Shown in pieces: positions 1-12,835 of a stretch of 64,000 bases of DNA. Numbering within the stretch: the stretch's first letter is position 1; every line of letters starts with the position of its first letter. The notes under the pieces were generated by a model. The model worked only from the letters and a program-made list of their open reading frames with translations. It was not told the DNA's origin and did no database searches. Position numbers and translations under genes: made by a program. Source of the DNA: the human T2T-CHM13v2.0 reference genome, Homo sapiens; assembly GCF_009914755.1 (NCBI RefSeq), contig NC_060930.1; one strand, written 5' to 3'.

Positions 1-551
1 GGGTAAAAAATAATAGAAGGTGAAACCAATGCAAGCAAACAAAGGTTGACTCACTGATGAAAATTATCTCCAAAGATAACATTCTTAGAAAAATAAATAA
101 CTCCAGTTGATAATGAAGTCATCAGGAACATTAGAGTAGCCTTTTTTTCGGATAGGATATAATTTTCTGAATTCTTGTTCTTTTTTCTTAAATTACAGTG
201 ACCACTGATACACACACAATTCTGAAATGTGCTCTACCATGCACAGAAGAGGCCCAGCTGATCACCCCACCCACCCGCTCTTTCTAAATTCAAGGTTATC
301 CTTATGGGTGATTCTTTTCCTTTTCCATTAAAAAAGGCAACTCAATTTCCCAGCCGAGTCTTAAGCGGAGGTTTTTGGTGTTCTGTGTTACCGCATCCAT
401 CTGTTTTGTAGCTATGATGGCTGTCCTAGATGTAAGAAATAGAAACACACTCAGTTACCATGATGAAAGGGGGATATATTTTGAGGTCACACATACCCTG
501 GGACTGGGGTTAGAACAGACATCAGGCGCGGAGGTAGGCGGAGGTGCCCCC

Positions 552-1060
552 GTCTGTCTGTCTGTGTCTCTCTGCATGTGTATATGTCTCTGTGTGTGTG
601 TCTGTCTCTCTCTCTCTCTCTGTGTATATGTGAGTCTCTCTCTCTCTGTCTCTCTCTGCATGCGTATGTCTGTGTGTGTGTCTCTATCTCTGTCTGTGTG
701 TCTCTCTCTCTGTATCTCTCTCTGAGTGTGTATATGTATCTGTCTCTATCTGTATGTCTCTCTCTCTGTGCGTGTGTATCTTTGTGTGGTGTATTTGTGT
801 CTGCGTCTGTGTGTGTGCCTGTGTTTCTGTATGTGTGTCTGTGTGTATGTGTCTGTGTGTCTCTGTGTGTCTATGTGTGTGCATGTATGTATGTGTGGTG
901 TAGGTGTGTGTGTCTGTGTGTGTGTTGTATGTGTGTCTCTGTGTGTCTCCGTGTGTGTGTGCATGTGTATGTGTCTGTATGTGTGTGGTGTATGTGTGTC
1001 TCCGTGTGTGCATGTGTGTGTGTCTCTGTGTGCGTGTCTGTGCGTGTCTGTGTGTGTCTC
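552..1060. repeat. Degenerate (TG)n/(TC)n low-complexity tract
   Basis: About 500 bp of mixed TG, TC and TA dinucleotides; source of the C/V/L-rich and T/H-rich ORFs at 375-1159. Confidence 0.95.
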
Positions 1061-1819
1061 CCCACTCTCATTATGTGCTCAGCAAATGCCTCCCTGTCAA
1101 ACAAGACTCTATCTTCTGCCTGCCTGACCTGGACACAGCATCTCTCCAAAAATAAATGAAGGTGGTTTCACTGAATTTCCCAACATCCAGTGGATTAACT
1201 AAAGTTAATTTATAAAGATTTGTTTATTATTCTGCAGGGGATTCTTGAAATGCTTTATCCTGCTAGGGTTGTGAAGATGAAACATTTTTCTTTTTATTTG
1301 GCTGATGTTCTAAAACAGTAATAGTGACCCACGCAAAAAGGATCAAACCCTCTGAAAGATCAAAATAATCTGATGCTGCCCAGATAATTGACCAACTGTC
1401 TGTCACTGGAGTAAGCTTCACACTGACTTTGGTGTACTATCAGTGGCCCCATCTCTAATAATTAAGCTAGAGATAAATGTTACAAGTTACATCATCCCTG
1501 TGCTGAGAGGGCAGTGGTTTGCCTGCATTTCCCATTTCTCAAAGGGAAGGCCCCACGGCCGCCATTGCTCAGCCCTGGACTGGAGCCCCTCAATTGTCTG
1601 GAGTGGCAGTGGCGGCCAGTGAGTGGAGGCCTCAGCCACTTCTATCCGTCCTGTGACCACTCCATAGAACAGAGCTGAGCTTCTAAACATCCACTTCAAT
1701 GTGGATGGGCTTTAAAATCTCCCCAAATTTTAAATGAACTCATCTTAGACCTCTCTAAGTGAGGCTTCCCATTCTCGAGCTTTCTACAGGGGAAAGCCCG
1801 AGGCAGGCTCGTTATTTAT

Positions 1820-2142
1820 TCTCTGTTTACGTTTCCCCGAAGCGAGGTAGCCGTGCCTTCCAGGGCTCTGCTTATACATCTCGTGTGTGATAAGCTGGGC
1901 GCTGGCAAGTGTTTGCAGGACTTGTCTTCCCGGTGTTTTACGGCTGTCTGCTGTGGTTTCCAGAGAGCACAGCTTATCTGTGAACTACTTTGGCTCAGGC
2001 CCTTTTGGTTCCAGTCTGTCCTCACCAGCATGCAGCCACATCTCCCTGCGCAGCTGACACAATCAGATAAAACTAATCATGAGACCCTCTCCACCCCGGC
2101 GGTGTTTGGCCCTTGGATGCTTGAAGCCGCATGGCTGTGGTT
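1820..2142. promoter_or_regulatory. Candidate haematopoietic enhancer (GATA/RUNX/TAL1-type motif cluster)
   Basis: TGTTTAC 1824-1830, TGATAA 1888-1893, TGTGGTT 1952-1958, TTATCT 1974-1979, CAGCTG-N8-AGATAA 2051-2070, TGTGGTT 2136-2142, in unique sequence that retains CpGs. Confidence 0.6.
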
Positions 2143-2239
2143 AGGGTGACCAGCCAGGACTGTGCTGGCACAACACTGGGAGTCTCGCATCCTGGGAACA
2201 CCTGCAGTGCTGGGCAAACTGGGATGCTTGGCCTCCCTG
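2142..2239 (+). mobile_element. MER81-like hAT-Blackjack MITE (degenerate)
   Basis: Begins TAGGGTGACCA and ends GGGCAAACTGGGATGCTTGGCCTCCCT; similar to the copy at 6231. Confidence 0.6.
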
Positions 2240-2856
2240 TTGCTGCTTCCCTGGGCAGCTGGTGAGTGTCCCATAAAGCAAAGCACCCTAAACAGCACTG
2301 TATCCAGGAGGGTGGTCGGCAGCGGTCCCTGACCCTAGGCTCCAGAAAGCACCAAGCTAGGGAGCAGTGAACTGGGACTGGAGCCGGAAAAAATACCAGG
2401 AACCAAAGAAAGTTGCTGCTGTTCCTGTCTCTCTCCCATGGATCAAGTCATCTCCAACTACTGAATCAGAGACTACTTCACGGACACTTCCCAGACATGA
2501 ACTCAGTGCCTTCTGAGCACTTAGAAGGCCATCTTCCTGCAACATTTCCACTTCCTCCCCTCCAGTAAAGGCAAAGGGATCCCAAACCAAACAAGATTTG
2601 CTTAAGGTTTAATGTGCACGCTCAGAGCTACTGATGGCAACCCTGCCCATTGCACCACAGTGTCCCCAAAGGAAAGGGTTAAGGTCCCCACCTGTCTTCA
2701 AGGAAGCTGCAACCCAGGAACCCACTAAGACATAGGTGGGCAAACAAGCAGCACACAGGGCTGGTCGGGAGTGAGAATTCACATTCTTGCAGTAAACAGT
2801 GAGTATCACCGGAGTTCAGAAGAGGCCAAGCTTTCTTTCTCAAGCGTGAAAAGTGA

Positions 2857-3146
2857 TTTTTTTTTTTTTTTTGAGACAGGGTCTTCTCTGTTGCCCAGGC
2901 TGGAGTGCAGTGGTGCCATCTTGGCACATTCAGCCTTGACCTCCTGGGCTCAAGCCATCCTCCCACCTCAATCTCTGCAGTAGCTGGGACCAGAGTTGTG
3001 CCCCACCATGCCTGGATAATTGTTTTTGTACAGAGAGGGTCTCACTACGTTGCCCAGGCTGATCTCGAATTCCTGAGCTCAAGCAATCTGTCCACCTTGG
3101 CCTCCCAAAGTGCTGGGATTACAGGCGTGAGCCACTGTGCCCAGCC
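2857..3146 (-). mobile_element. AluJ-type SINE
   Basis: Poly-T then GAGACAGGGTC...GCCACTGTGCCCAGCC; J-type motifs (GGGTCTCACTACGTTGCCC, CTCAAGCAATC); TSD AAAAGTGAT. Confidence 0.93.
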
Positions 3147-4277
3147 AAAAAAAAAAAAAAAAAAAGTGATGTTTGAGCTGGGCATGGAGAGGGGAGGACT
3201 TTGATGAGCTCACACAAAGGGGCGACATTTCAAGGGAAAGAAAGAGCTTGCCTGAACAAGTGGAATGTGCATGCTCAAGCAGGGTTTAACTGGTATACAG
3301 TAGGCACTCAGTCACTGTTTTGTTGTTGGGTGGGGGACTAAGTATCTGCAGATTAGCAAATGCCATGTCATTCACCAGAGCTTTCAGTTTCAGCCACTCT
3401 AGCCAGGGGTAGGAGAAGGCATCACACTGTGAGATGGGGCACACCTTCCCCATCTGGGAGCAGACCCTCCACAGAAATGCAGCAGACGGGGGCTTCCAGG
3501 GCACCATTCCCCATGCGTTTCTGAGTGGGCCTTTCCATGTCTCTTGGCAGAAGAATGCTGGGGAGTCACCCTGGGCCATGTGGCAATAGGGGTTGCGACA
3601 CAGCCATTTGTTCCACACACAGAACCCTGCAGATACAGCCTCACCGTCCAATTACCAGGATGACTGGGGAGGCAATTACCGTTGACTTGGCCCTCGTTTA
3701 ATTAAATCCACACCTGCCACATGGCGCGGCATCACCCATGTATAACCAAAGCTCCTCAGCAGCCAAAGGAGTGTGGCCTGGAGGAGAGAGGGCTGGAGAG
3801 TGGCCACGAGATAGGCCACCAGGGTGATTTCCTCCCCACAACCCCCAGGATTCACTGCTTAAAACAGTCTTGAAACCAGCAGATACCTCCCAGCCACTAT
3901 AAAGGCATTTGGCCACCACTGGGGCCTGGGAGTCCCACCCAGCAGCTCTCAGCCTCATCAGGCCAGAGAGCACAGGTGGGAACATTCAGAAAACATTAGA
4001 ACTAGAAGGTATCGCCAAGGTCATGTGGGGTCAAGGCTTCCAAATGGTATGCTCCGGATCTTGGGGACATCTAAGCAAGTCTCTGAGTTACTAAAATAGA
4101 CCTCCAGACCCCTGCATGTGTCAAGAAAGGGCCTCTATAGAGATCCACTCATGTGGCCTAATCTCACATTTTAAAAAGCTGAAGATACTGAGGTCAGAGG
4201 GCCCTCTGTGCGCATAAAGCTGATTTACCGGGAAATTTGGACTAAATCTACGCTTCCTGACTCCTACTCTTGTAGGA

Positions 4278-4372
4278 GCCCAGGCTGGTCTCGAACTCCT
4301 GGTCTCAAATGATCCTCCCACCTCAGCCTCTCAAAGTGTTGGGTTTACAGGTGTGAGCCACCCATCCTGGCC
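4278..4372 (-). mobile_element. Alu left-arm fragment (FLAM/AluJ-like)
   Basis: CCCAGGCTGGTCTCGAACTCCTGG...GTGAGCCACCCATCCTGGCC; preceded by MIR-like sequence (~4150-4265). Confidence 0.85.
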
Positions 4373-4469
4373 AACACCCATCAATTTTAACAGCAGTAGG
4401 AAGCTATTTAAAAAGCTAACATACCAATGAGATCACACGGTTTCTGATTTTTTTTTCTACTAATACAAG

Positions 4470-4620
4470 AAGGGGGAGAAGTAAGTGGGCTATGGATGAA
4501 AGAAGATGGATCATACATTGATCATTTTGTGGAAAATGGGTGAAGGGTACATGGAATTCATTGTGCTAGTCTTTCTGTTGCATTTCATGTTTGATATTTT
4601 CATTACAAAATGTTTTTAAA
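4470..4620 (+). mobile_element. Old L1M (L1MD/ME-type) 3' end
   Basis: GGGTGAAGGGTACATGGAATTCATTG...GTTTGATATTTTCATTACAAAATGTTTTTAAA resembles old L1M 3' termini. Confidence 0.6.
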
Positions 4621-4825
4621 CAATTATATACAAATATGTACATATGTATGTATGTGTGTCTATATATATACTTACACACATACTCATTATATATATGGAT
4701 AGGAGTAAGAGAAACCAAGTTTGGGGGTGTAGTTGGGGAGGATTACCTAAAGGAGGAAGTGTTTGAAATACACAAGTAAAAGGAAATACAAAAATGTGGA
4801 CTATCCGGGCAGAGAAAAGAGGATC

Positions 4826-5150
<325 letters not shown>

Positions 5151-5274
5151 TAAAAGAGGATCTTTGTAATTCCTTCTCCTAAGAACCAAGCTAGTTGAGG
5201 CCTTAATTTATTATCTCTCTCCTGGAACGTTTCCTTTATCCACCTAACTGGCCTCTGTACTCCCAGCTTCTCCG

Positions 5275-5425
5275 TTCGTTTGTTCTCACTCAGTAAGGAT
5301 TAATTAAGAGCCTACTAAGTGTACTATGTGCTGTTCGCTGTTCTTGGTGCTGGGAATACACCCATGAACCAAAAATAAATTTAAAAAGAGACAAAGTCTG
5401 TCCGCAGGAGACACATATTCCATAG
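5275..5425 (-). mobile_element. L2 3' end fragment
   Basis: Antisense L2-tail pattern (AAGAGCCTACTAAGTG...GGTGCTGGGAATACA). Confidence 0.55.
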
Positions 5426-5601
5426 CCTATAGGAGGGGCTAAATCAATAACCATTCCTGTGACATCAGGCTCCCAAGTGGTGCTGTGATAACCTGCTGTC
5501 TGGTGGAAGCTGCAGGTCAGTATGTGTCTCTTTAACCTCTAGGGCTGGAGGTGCCATTGCAGGTAGGCGAATCTTTCTCCCTGCAAACTGCTCAAGGGCA
5601 G

Positions 5602-5918
5602 TGCAATGGACTAAATGTGTCCCCACTAAATTTCGTATGTTGAAATCCTAACCCGCAATGCGATGGTATGAGGAGGAGTAGCCTTTGAGTATTAACAGGT
5701 CATGAGGCTGGAACCCTCATGAATGAGGCTAGTGCTTTCTAAAGGGACCCCAGAGAGGTTCCCCATGCTCTTTCTGTCATTCAAGGATACAACAAAAAAA
5801 GACGAAGCCACCTGAACCAACTCTGCTGGCACCCTGACTCCAGCCTTCAGAACTGTGAGAAATATGTTCTGTTGTTTATAAGCTGCCCAGACTATGGCAG
5901 CCCACATGGACTAAGGCA
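5602..5918 (+). mobile_element. MLT1A-type MaLR solo LTR
   Basis: TG...CA ends; GTTGAAATCCTAACC, CCAGCCTTCAGAACTGTGAGAAATA, TTCTGTTGTTTATAAGC, GACTAAGGCA. Confidence 0.85.
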
Positions 5919-6230
5919 GCCCCCAGTGTTCTGAAACTGGGCAGGATACAGCCCGTGAGAGCCGGTTCCTGGTCAGTTGGCCAGGATGCCAAACCAGGCA
6001 TCAAGTATGGTTCCTGGAATCGAAATCCTTGTGGGGTGCAGCCTCTGGGAAGTAAGGAAATTGCTAGTGTGAGCTGGAAAATAGGCAGTGAGGCAGCCAT
6101 TGCCTCAACAGGGCATTCCTAGCTCTGAGGCTGCTTTCAGAATCATATTTGGAGATGGTCCTCTCTGTCTGGATGAGAACAGGGCCAGCTACCCACAGCC
6201 ACACTTCTATGGCTCCGGCTGAGTGTAGGT

Positions 6231-6343
6231 GAGGGTGACCAACCATCCCAGCTTCCCTGAGACTGAGGGAATTCCGAGACCATGGGACTTTTAGTGCTAA
6301 AACTGAGATGGTCCAAGGCAAGGCAGGACAAATGGCCACCCTA
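6231..6343 (-). mobile_element. MER81-like hAT-Blackjack MITE
   Basis: TIRs AGGGTGACCA...TGGCCACCCTA; degenerate 8-bp TSD GTGTAGGT / CTGTAGGG. Confidence 0.75.
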
Positions 6344-7858
6344 CTGTAGGGTAGTGCCCTTAGGGTCAACGCCTGTCTTTCTAGTGGAGCGTTCTAGTCC
6401 AGAACATGACATAGCACGATGTCTAAACTTACATGGTCCTAAAAGGCAAATTGTCTTAAGTCGATGAATGTCCCCCCCTCCCCAGCCCCAATGTAGCCTT
6501 GTAGTGAATCAGCGACAGAACAGTCCAGGCTGGACATGGGAATAGACTATTTCACTAGAGTCCACGCTTCCCCTTCTGCCAAGAGATCACCAACTGCACA
6601 TACATCAGGGTCTAAGGAGCATCTAGCTTAGCAGCCCACCAAATTGTTTGGGCTGTGACATGACCTAAGTCACTTGTTAAATTGATAGCTCATTGATTTC
6701 GGTAACCTGGTGTTGAGAATAAGTGAAAGCACAAGAGTGGGTACCTTTTGGGATGCCCAGGCCTCTTCTGCAAACCCTCTTGATGATACAAGGTATGGCC
6801 CCCATGGTGCAGGGAGTCACAGCCTCACAGCTGGCTGGACAAATCTTGGACACTGGCTCAAGTCCAGCCAAGTAGCTTCTCCATCCCAGGAATATCAAGT
6901 TTGGCCAAGAAATTTCTGGTTATCTTTAGATACCAAACTTATTCAATCTGTCAAGCCATCAAATTAATAAATATTTATTAACCTGATATACAAATATGAA
7001 GGTCCTTCTAAGTTTTTGACCCTCTCTGAGGTGTGAGGATTCTAGAAATGAGATGATCTTCTGGGGATGCCCACTAGGAACTAAGCACACCAAGAAGCAA
7101 GCAGAGAAGGCTGGTTTGCAAAGAAATGCTGGAAAATGTACAATTCCCCATGTTAAGCCTGAGAGGAGAGACCTGGGGTAGGAGGCAGGGAGGACAGGAG
7201 AGAGCCCCGCTGCTTCCAGCCCCCTTCCAGCTCCTGCACCTGCCCCTGGTCCCAGAGGCTTCCTGTGTATTTCTGGTAAGGCTTCCTTTTACTACGCTGT
7301 GGTGGGGTTTGGCCCCTTAAAACCAAACAAACTCTGGCCAAGGCAAGCACTGAATTTATTCTGGCAATAACCCACAGATGAGGAATTTAAATGTTGGTTA
7401 ATTTGTTTAAATCCACTCTTCTATTCACAAAGCATGCTCAGAATGTTTCTTCTTTCAATGGTTTTCCCAGGATTGCTATCTAATGGAACGTGGTTTCCTG
7501 TTGTACTCCTGTTAACACAAGCAAGGAAGAGCACTTTGCAGGAGGAAACACACGAAAGTCAGGATTTGTGTTTCCATAGCCTCCTAGTCTCCTAAACTCT
7601 TGAACATTTGCTATATTAAATAGCAAAGACAATAGGAATACAGGGCTAACTACCAAATATATTATCTACCAAAGCTAACAAAGTCTATTCAGGTAACTAT
7701 TCAAAGTCGAACTTCAAAATCATTTAGTAACTATTTATCTGCCCCACCAGTCTCCTACTCAGGTTATTTCAGTCTGTTTGCAAATGTGTGTAAAGTTCAA
7801 AAACATTCCGGTGAGCTTGTTTGATTCTCCATGGACATAATGGTCCTAGATTTTCTAC

Positions 7859-8160
7859 TTTTTTTTTTCTTTTTTTTTTTTGCAACGAAGTATCTCTGTT
7901 GGCCAGGCTGGAGTGCAATGGTGTGATCTGGGCTCACTGCAACCTCTGTCTCCTGGGTTCTAGCAATTCTCATGCCTCAGCCTCCTGAGTAGCTGGGATT
8001 ACAGGCGCCCACCACCACCCCTGGCTAATTTTGTATTTTTAGTAGAGATGGGGTTTCGCCATGTTGGCCAGGCTGGTCTCGAACTCATGGGATCAAGTGA
8101 TCTGCCCGCCTCGGCCTCCCAAAGTGCTGGGATTACAGGCATGAGCCAATACGCCCGGCC
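7859..8160 (-). mobile_element. AluSx-like SINE
   Basis: Poly-T then full antisense Alu ending ACGCCCGGCC. Confidence 0.95.
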
Positions 8161-8579
8161 CTGCTGTTCTTTTATAATTGGGAGACTTCGAGGTTTGGTT
8201 GATAGAGCGCAAGCTTCATGTTCCAGAAGTTCAGGAAGTAAAATCTAGGTTTAGAGACAACGGGGAAGAGGCTCCAATGCCTAGTTCAGTCATGTAGGAA
8301 CCAGAAAGACTCAGAGCTCCTGCTGCGCCCAGGAGCCCAGCCTCTTGCACTCTGAGAATTTCTGGGTAGAAAGCAGAAGAGGATTCCGGACAGAGGGCAG
8401 GGAGGTAGGGCAGAGACCTTGTTGGGCGGAGAGCAGCCCTCCCACAGCTCATGGGAGGGACACAGCCCTACTCCGCCCTGGCCTCTGGGAGCTTCTAGAA
8501 AGCAGAGACCCAGACCTGGCTACTGAGCAAAGCCCATGTCGAGGTGTTTAGAGAACATTATACACTTGTCTTCTTAGAC

Positions 8580-8788
8580 CAGGTGTCAGCAAACTGCTGG
8601 CCACAGACCAAATCCAGCCCCAGGAGCCCAGTGTTTTTATAAATAAAGTTTTACTGGGAAACAGCCAAGCCCATTTGCTTGTGGATGGTCTGTGGCTGCA
8701 CGGCAGAGCTGGGTATTCGTACAGCCCAGCCCACAAAGCCTAACATCTTTACTACCAGGTCCCTGACAGAATAAGTTTGCCAGCCTTT
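8580..8788. mobile_element. MER58A-like hAT-Charlie MITE
   Basis: CAGGTGTCAGCAAACT...AATAAAGTTTTACTGG...AAGTTTGCCAGCC; 8-bp TSD-like TCTTAGAC / TTCTAGAC typical of Charlie targets. Confidence 0.85.
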
Positions 8789-9150
8789 TTCTAGACCTAT
8801 GCTGAGTAATAAGCATGAAAACAAACAAAATTATTGCAAGGGTTCTAGTACTTTCTTCTTTGTGACTAAACCTACTTCAGACGTTCACAGGAGTGGCAAG
8901 TTAGGTCATTCTGTTTGGAGTTGGAGTGAAAATGTTATCAGAAGCCATACCCTTGATCAACACTGACGGCTTTCTTAGATAAGCTACGAACTTGTTCTCA
9001 GGCTCCCCGCGGGATCTTGTGCTTCTCTGGGGTGCGTGCAGCCACTGCTGAGCTAGGCCAGGGTTGCTGGGCCAGGGGGCCCAGTGAGAGCTGCTAGCTG
9101 CGGGCTGCTAGGCTGCGTAGGCAAGCTCCTGCTCCCACCACGGGTCTTAC

Positions 9151-9242
9151 TTCTTTGTGACATTAAGCTCACTTTCTCCGTTCTGCTTTGTGTTAAGACA
9201 AAAATATTCCAAAGGGCTGCTACCCTAATATTCCCAATAACT
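9151..9242 (-). other. Candidate 92-nt internal exon (unknown transcript)
   Basis: Minus-strand acceptor TAACTCTTTTCTGCTTATAG| and donor GAA|GTAAGA; splice signals only. Confidence 0.25.
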
Positions 9243-10896
9243 CTATAAGCAGAAAAGAGTTACAATTCTCCTTCAAAAGGGCAGAACCAAACCAAAAATT
9301 GTGTTAGGCGCTTATCTGAAACAGAGATGAATAATGCCACCATTAGGAAACAGTGAATAGAAAGCCTCCTTTCAACATACGTGGTGCGATTGGGAGGATA
9401 TTCAAGTCATCAGGACATATATTGCCCAGCAACTGGAGAAAAAATGTTCCTCCCAGACAGTGCAATAGAGAGAAACACTTGATTAAACACACTCTGGGAT
9501 GAAACGGGGAAATTGCTGGCAGCCGACATCACTGAGTGTTTGAAAGAGGGGCACAAGATTTATTTATTCTGTGTTCTCCAACTTTTCTGTCATCGAGGAG
9601 CCTTCTTCAGCGTGGACCAATCTGGAATTCACTGTGCCTACCCCGGCCATAACCACAGCCCCTACTGCAACGAAGCACCGATGGCCAGGCAACAAAGAAA
9701 CCCACAGTTCCATGAAGATAGAAGCATGTTTCCGGGGCAGGCCAGGCAGCAGTCCTTGAACAATGTTTTGAAGGCAGAGAAATGGTTCTCTGGATCTGGG
9801 CAGCACACAGCTAACGCTGCTCTACATGTGTAGGTGAGAAAGACTCAGGCCTCGCAGCCTGAACCAGCAACTGGGGAAGAAAAACTCAGAAGGCGCAGCA
9901 GGAAGGACGGAGCGCCACGATGGGGGGAGCAGTCACGGGCGATGAGCAGAACAGAACGAAACACGAGCTCTGCACACAGCACAGAGCACAGGAGGACAGG
10001 CCTGGAAGCCTTGAGAAAGGGGCCTAGAAGGAAAGACAATGCCCCAACTGTGGGATTTATTTCCCACAATTGCCTCATTTAATTAATCGAGGTATGAAGG
10101 CATGGTGTTCTCTTTCAGACATAAGGATACAGTCATGTTGGTCTCTGTTAAATCCCAAGCAGTGGAATCCCTTTGTTGCTTGTGACAACTGTAGTCACAT
10201 CCCAGGGGCTGACAGTGCTCGTGGGTAATACTGCAAAAAACTATCTCGGGCTCAGCCCATCTGGAGGTGCCGGCATCGTACAGTCACTGTGTACAAGACT
10301 CTGTCCCTGTCTTGCGGGGCTCACTTTTCCCTCTGACAATAATTAGTTCTTCATCCCGATGACCCAGGGTGTGGATTTTCTGCAGATCTTACCACTCCTG
10401 CTCCTTTGGTTACTCAAAAGTTTGAGACCAACTTTACCCTTCTGCCTAAGGGTAAAGCCAGGACAGCAGATAGAGGAGAGGACTCCAGCCAGAGTCCTGA
10501 AGGGCTTAGCAGCTCTTAGGAAGAGACTTGCTAAAGTTGGCTCTATTGCTTATTAATGAAAACAATTTAACTAGGTTCAATAATATTGAGTGTAGCAAGG
10601 CAGGAAAATATACGCTGATCACTTTAGAAAAAAGTGTGCAAAGACTTGAAACAAAAAATGGAGATTTTGTCCAAGCCCCAGGAAGACAGCAAGAAAAGTG
10701 AGACAGACTCACTAAACTCATTTCCCGTATCAATTATTGCATTCCAATTTTTCTGTCAAAGGTATTCATTACAATTTATGTTAACTTATGCGTCTGTGTA
10801 GGCTAATATCATTTTCAGGCCTATTTCTAACAGTTACAGACTTTTAAAAATAGATGCCATGGTAGTGAATTGTTCCTCTTAAAAATGTACTTAATA

Positions 10897-11190
10897 GGCT
10901 GGGCTCAGTGGCTCTTGCCTGTAATCCCAGCACTTTGGGAGGCCGAGGTGGGCAGATCACCTGAGGTCAGGAGTTCGAGACCAGCCTGGCCAACACAGTG
11001 AAACCCTGTCTCTACTAAAAATACAAAAATTAGCCGGCTGTTGTGGCACGCACCTGTAATCCCAGCTACTTGGGAGGCTGAGGCAGGAGAATCACTTGAA
11101 CCATAGGCGGAGGTTGCAGTGAGCCGAGATCGCGCCACTGCACTCCAGCCTGGGCAACAAGAGCAAAACTCCGTCTTAAACAAAACGAAA
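10897..11190 (+). mobile_element. AluSq/Sp-like SINE
   Basis: GGCTGGGC...CAACAAGAGCAAAACTCCGTCT plus A tail; TSD GTACTTAATA. Confidence 0.95.
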
Positions 11191-11790
11191 AGTACTTAAT
11201 AACGTGGTTTAGGGGAATCTTCATCCCCGAAGCCTCTGTCCTTCAGATGCTTTACGCTGGGCTGCTCTGTTCCAGATAGAATTGATCCCATCACTTTTGT
11301 GTAAACACATCAAGTGTCTAGGAGCAGAAAGGCTGGCTACTCTCAGAGAGTCAGGCCTGCCAATCAGACCATGGGAAACCCTCAGCTCATGCACCACTGG
11401 ACAGGCCTGGAGTGAAATCACTCAACCCACTCGTTAGAAAGGCCCAGCAAGTTATCGCAGCTCGGCTCCCTGTGCTATCTCCGTGATACACACATTACAT
11501 ATGCCAGGAATGTTTATCCAGCAGAGAATGCAACACCAAGCCAGGGTGTCTTATCTACATCAAATTCACGCTAGCCTACTAAATTAAAAAACAGAACATA
11601 TTTTCTCCTGTATCTTGATTTAGAAAGTACTGATTAAATACAATAAAAAAGGTAAGTAGTCCTTGTCACGCAATCCTCAAATAAGAGCCACAAACGTGGA
11701 AGATATATCCAAAGGAACCAAATTAAAGGACTGGAGAAAGGTAAGAAAGGGACTATGCTTCTTATGAGTTTTATTTTCCTCAGTTACATT

Positions 11791-11972
11791 GTTTTAACTT
11801 ATTTTATGTTCGAGGGTACATGTGCAGGTTTGTTACATAGGTAAGCCCGTGTCACGAGGGTTTGTCGTACAGATTCTTTCATCCCCCAGGTACTAAACCC
11901 AGTACTCAACAGTTATCTTTTTTGCCCCTCTCCCTCCTCTCACCCTCCACCCTCAACAGTGTCTGTTGTTTT
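11791..11972 (-). mobile_element. Older L1PA-type 3' end (short, 5'-truncated)
   Basis: GGGTACATGTGCAGGTTTGTTACATAGGTAA...CCTCTCCCTCCTCTCACCCTCCACCCTC is the antisense L1PA 3' UTR end. Confidence 0.85.
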
Positions 11973-12099
11973 TTAAATAAAACTTGCACTTCTATCCCTA
12001 AGTATTTTCTGACGTTGCTGCCCAGGACCCCTGGGTAGCTTTTAGACTGGATGAGCAAAGACCAGACTGAATAACTAAGTTTCTCCTGCAAGCCAATGG

Positions 12100-12835
12100 G
12101 CCTGGCCCGGGACGTGGAATCCACTGACTTTCTCTTCCTATCAGCAACTTTCCCCACAACGCTGATGGATCTGGAACCACTTCTAAACCCGCTGCCTGTT
12201 TGCGAGGAGGGCAGACCACTGACGGTGGGAAGGATGCATTTCCCCAAGCCACGGACCACACTGCCGAGGCCCTGACTGTCCTTTCCCGGACCCCTGCCTG
12301 GCACGCCTGGGAAAGGTTTACCCTGGGGGCGGGGGCAGGTTGGCGCCAGGCAGCTTGCAGAATGTGTGCTCGGACCCCGGGCATCGCGAAGTGTGCGGGC
12401 CGTGGGCCCCGGCTGCACCGCCAGCCCCTGCCTGGCCACCCCACCGCTTACTTGACCTCCAGGAAGCGCCTGAAAGAAAGCGAGCTCTGATATGTGCAGC
12501 TCCAGTGTGTTTCAATAAGCTGTTTTCAAAGAGTTTGGGTGCCTCTTCAGACTAAGCCCGTTCGAAACCTCCATCTTCTTTCTAGGGTTTTCTTCAACGG
12601 GGGCTTAGATGATAAACGGAGACCCCTGTTCCCTACCGGTTGAAACTGTGTCTGCGGCAACAGTAAGCACCCGGCCGAGACACCCACACCCCCATGTCGT
12701 GCGCTCAGGACCAGGGAGCATGGCGCATCACGGCCAGCCTATTGCCAAGCAGGTTCCTGAGCTGTGTAAGGTCATGACTCTGAATTTCTGTTGCAAACAT
12801 TTCAGACTGTGAAACTCTAAGAGATATAAAAGACT
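12100..12835. promoter_or_regulatory. Weak CpG island / promoter-like element
   Basis: About 35 CpGs between 12108 and 12732 (hand count), GC box GGGGCGGGG 12326-12334, minus-strand donor CAA|GTAAGC at 12452/12451, AGGTCATGACTC 12769-12780, TATAAAAG 12825-12832. Confidence 0.55.

Noticed and set aside
375-1159. Several overlapping 70-190 aa ORFs
   Set aside because: Translations of a TG/TC low-complexity tract that lacks stops in most frames.
11906-12444. 177-aa and 148-aa minus-strand ORFs
   Set aside because: GC-rich stop-poor region; no recognisable domain; the longer one runs into an L1 3' end.
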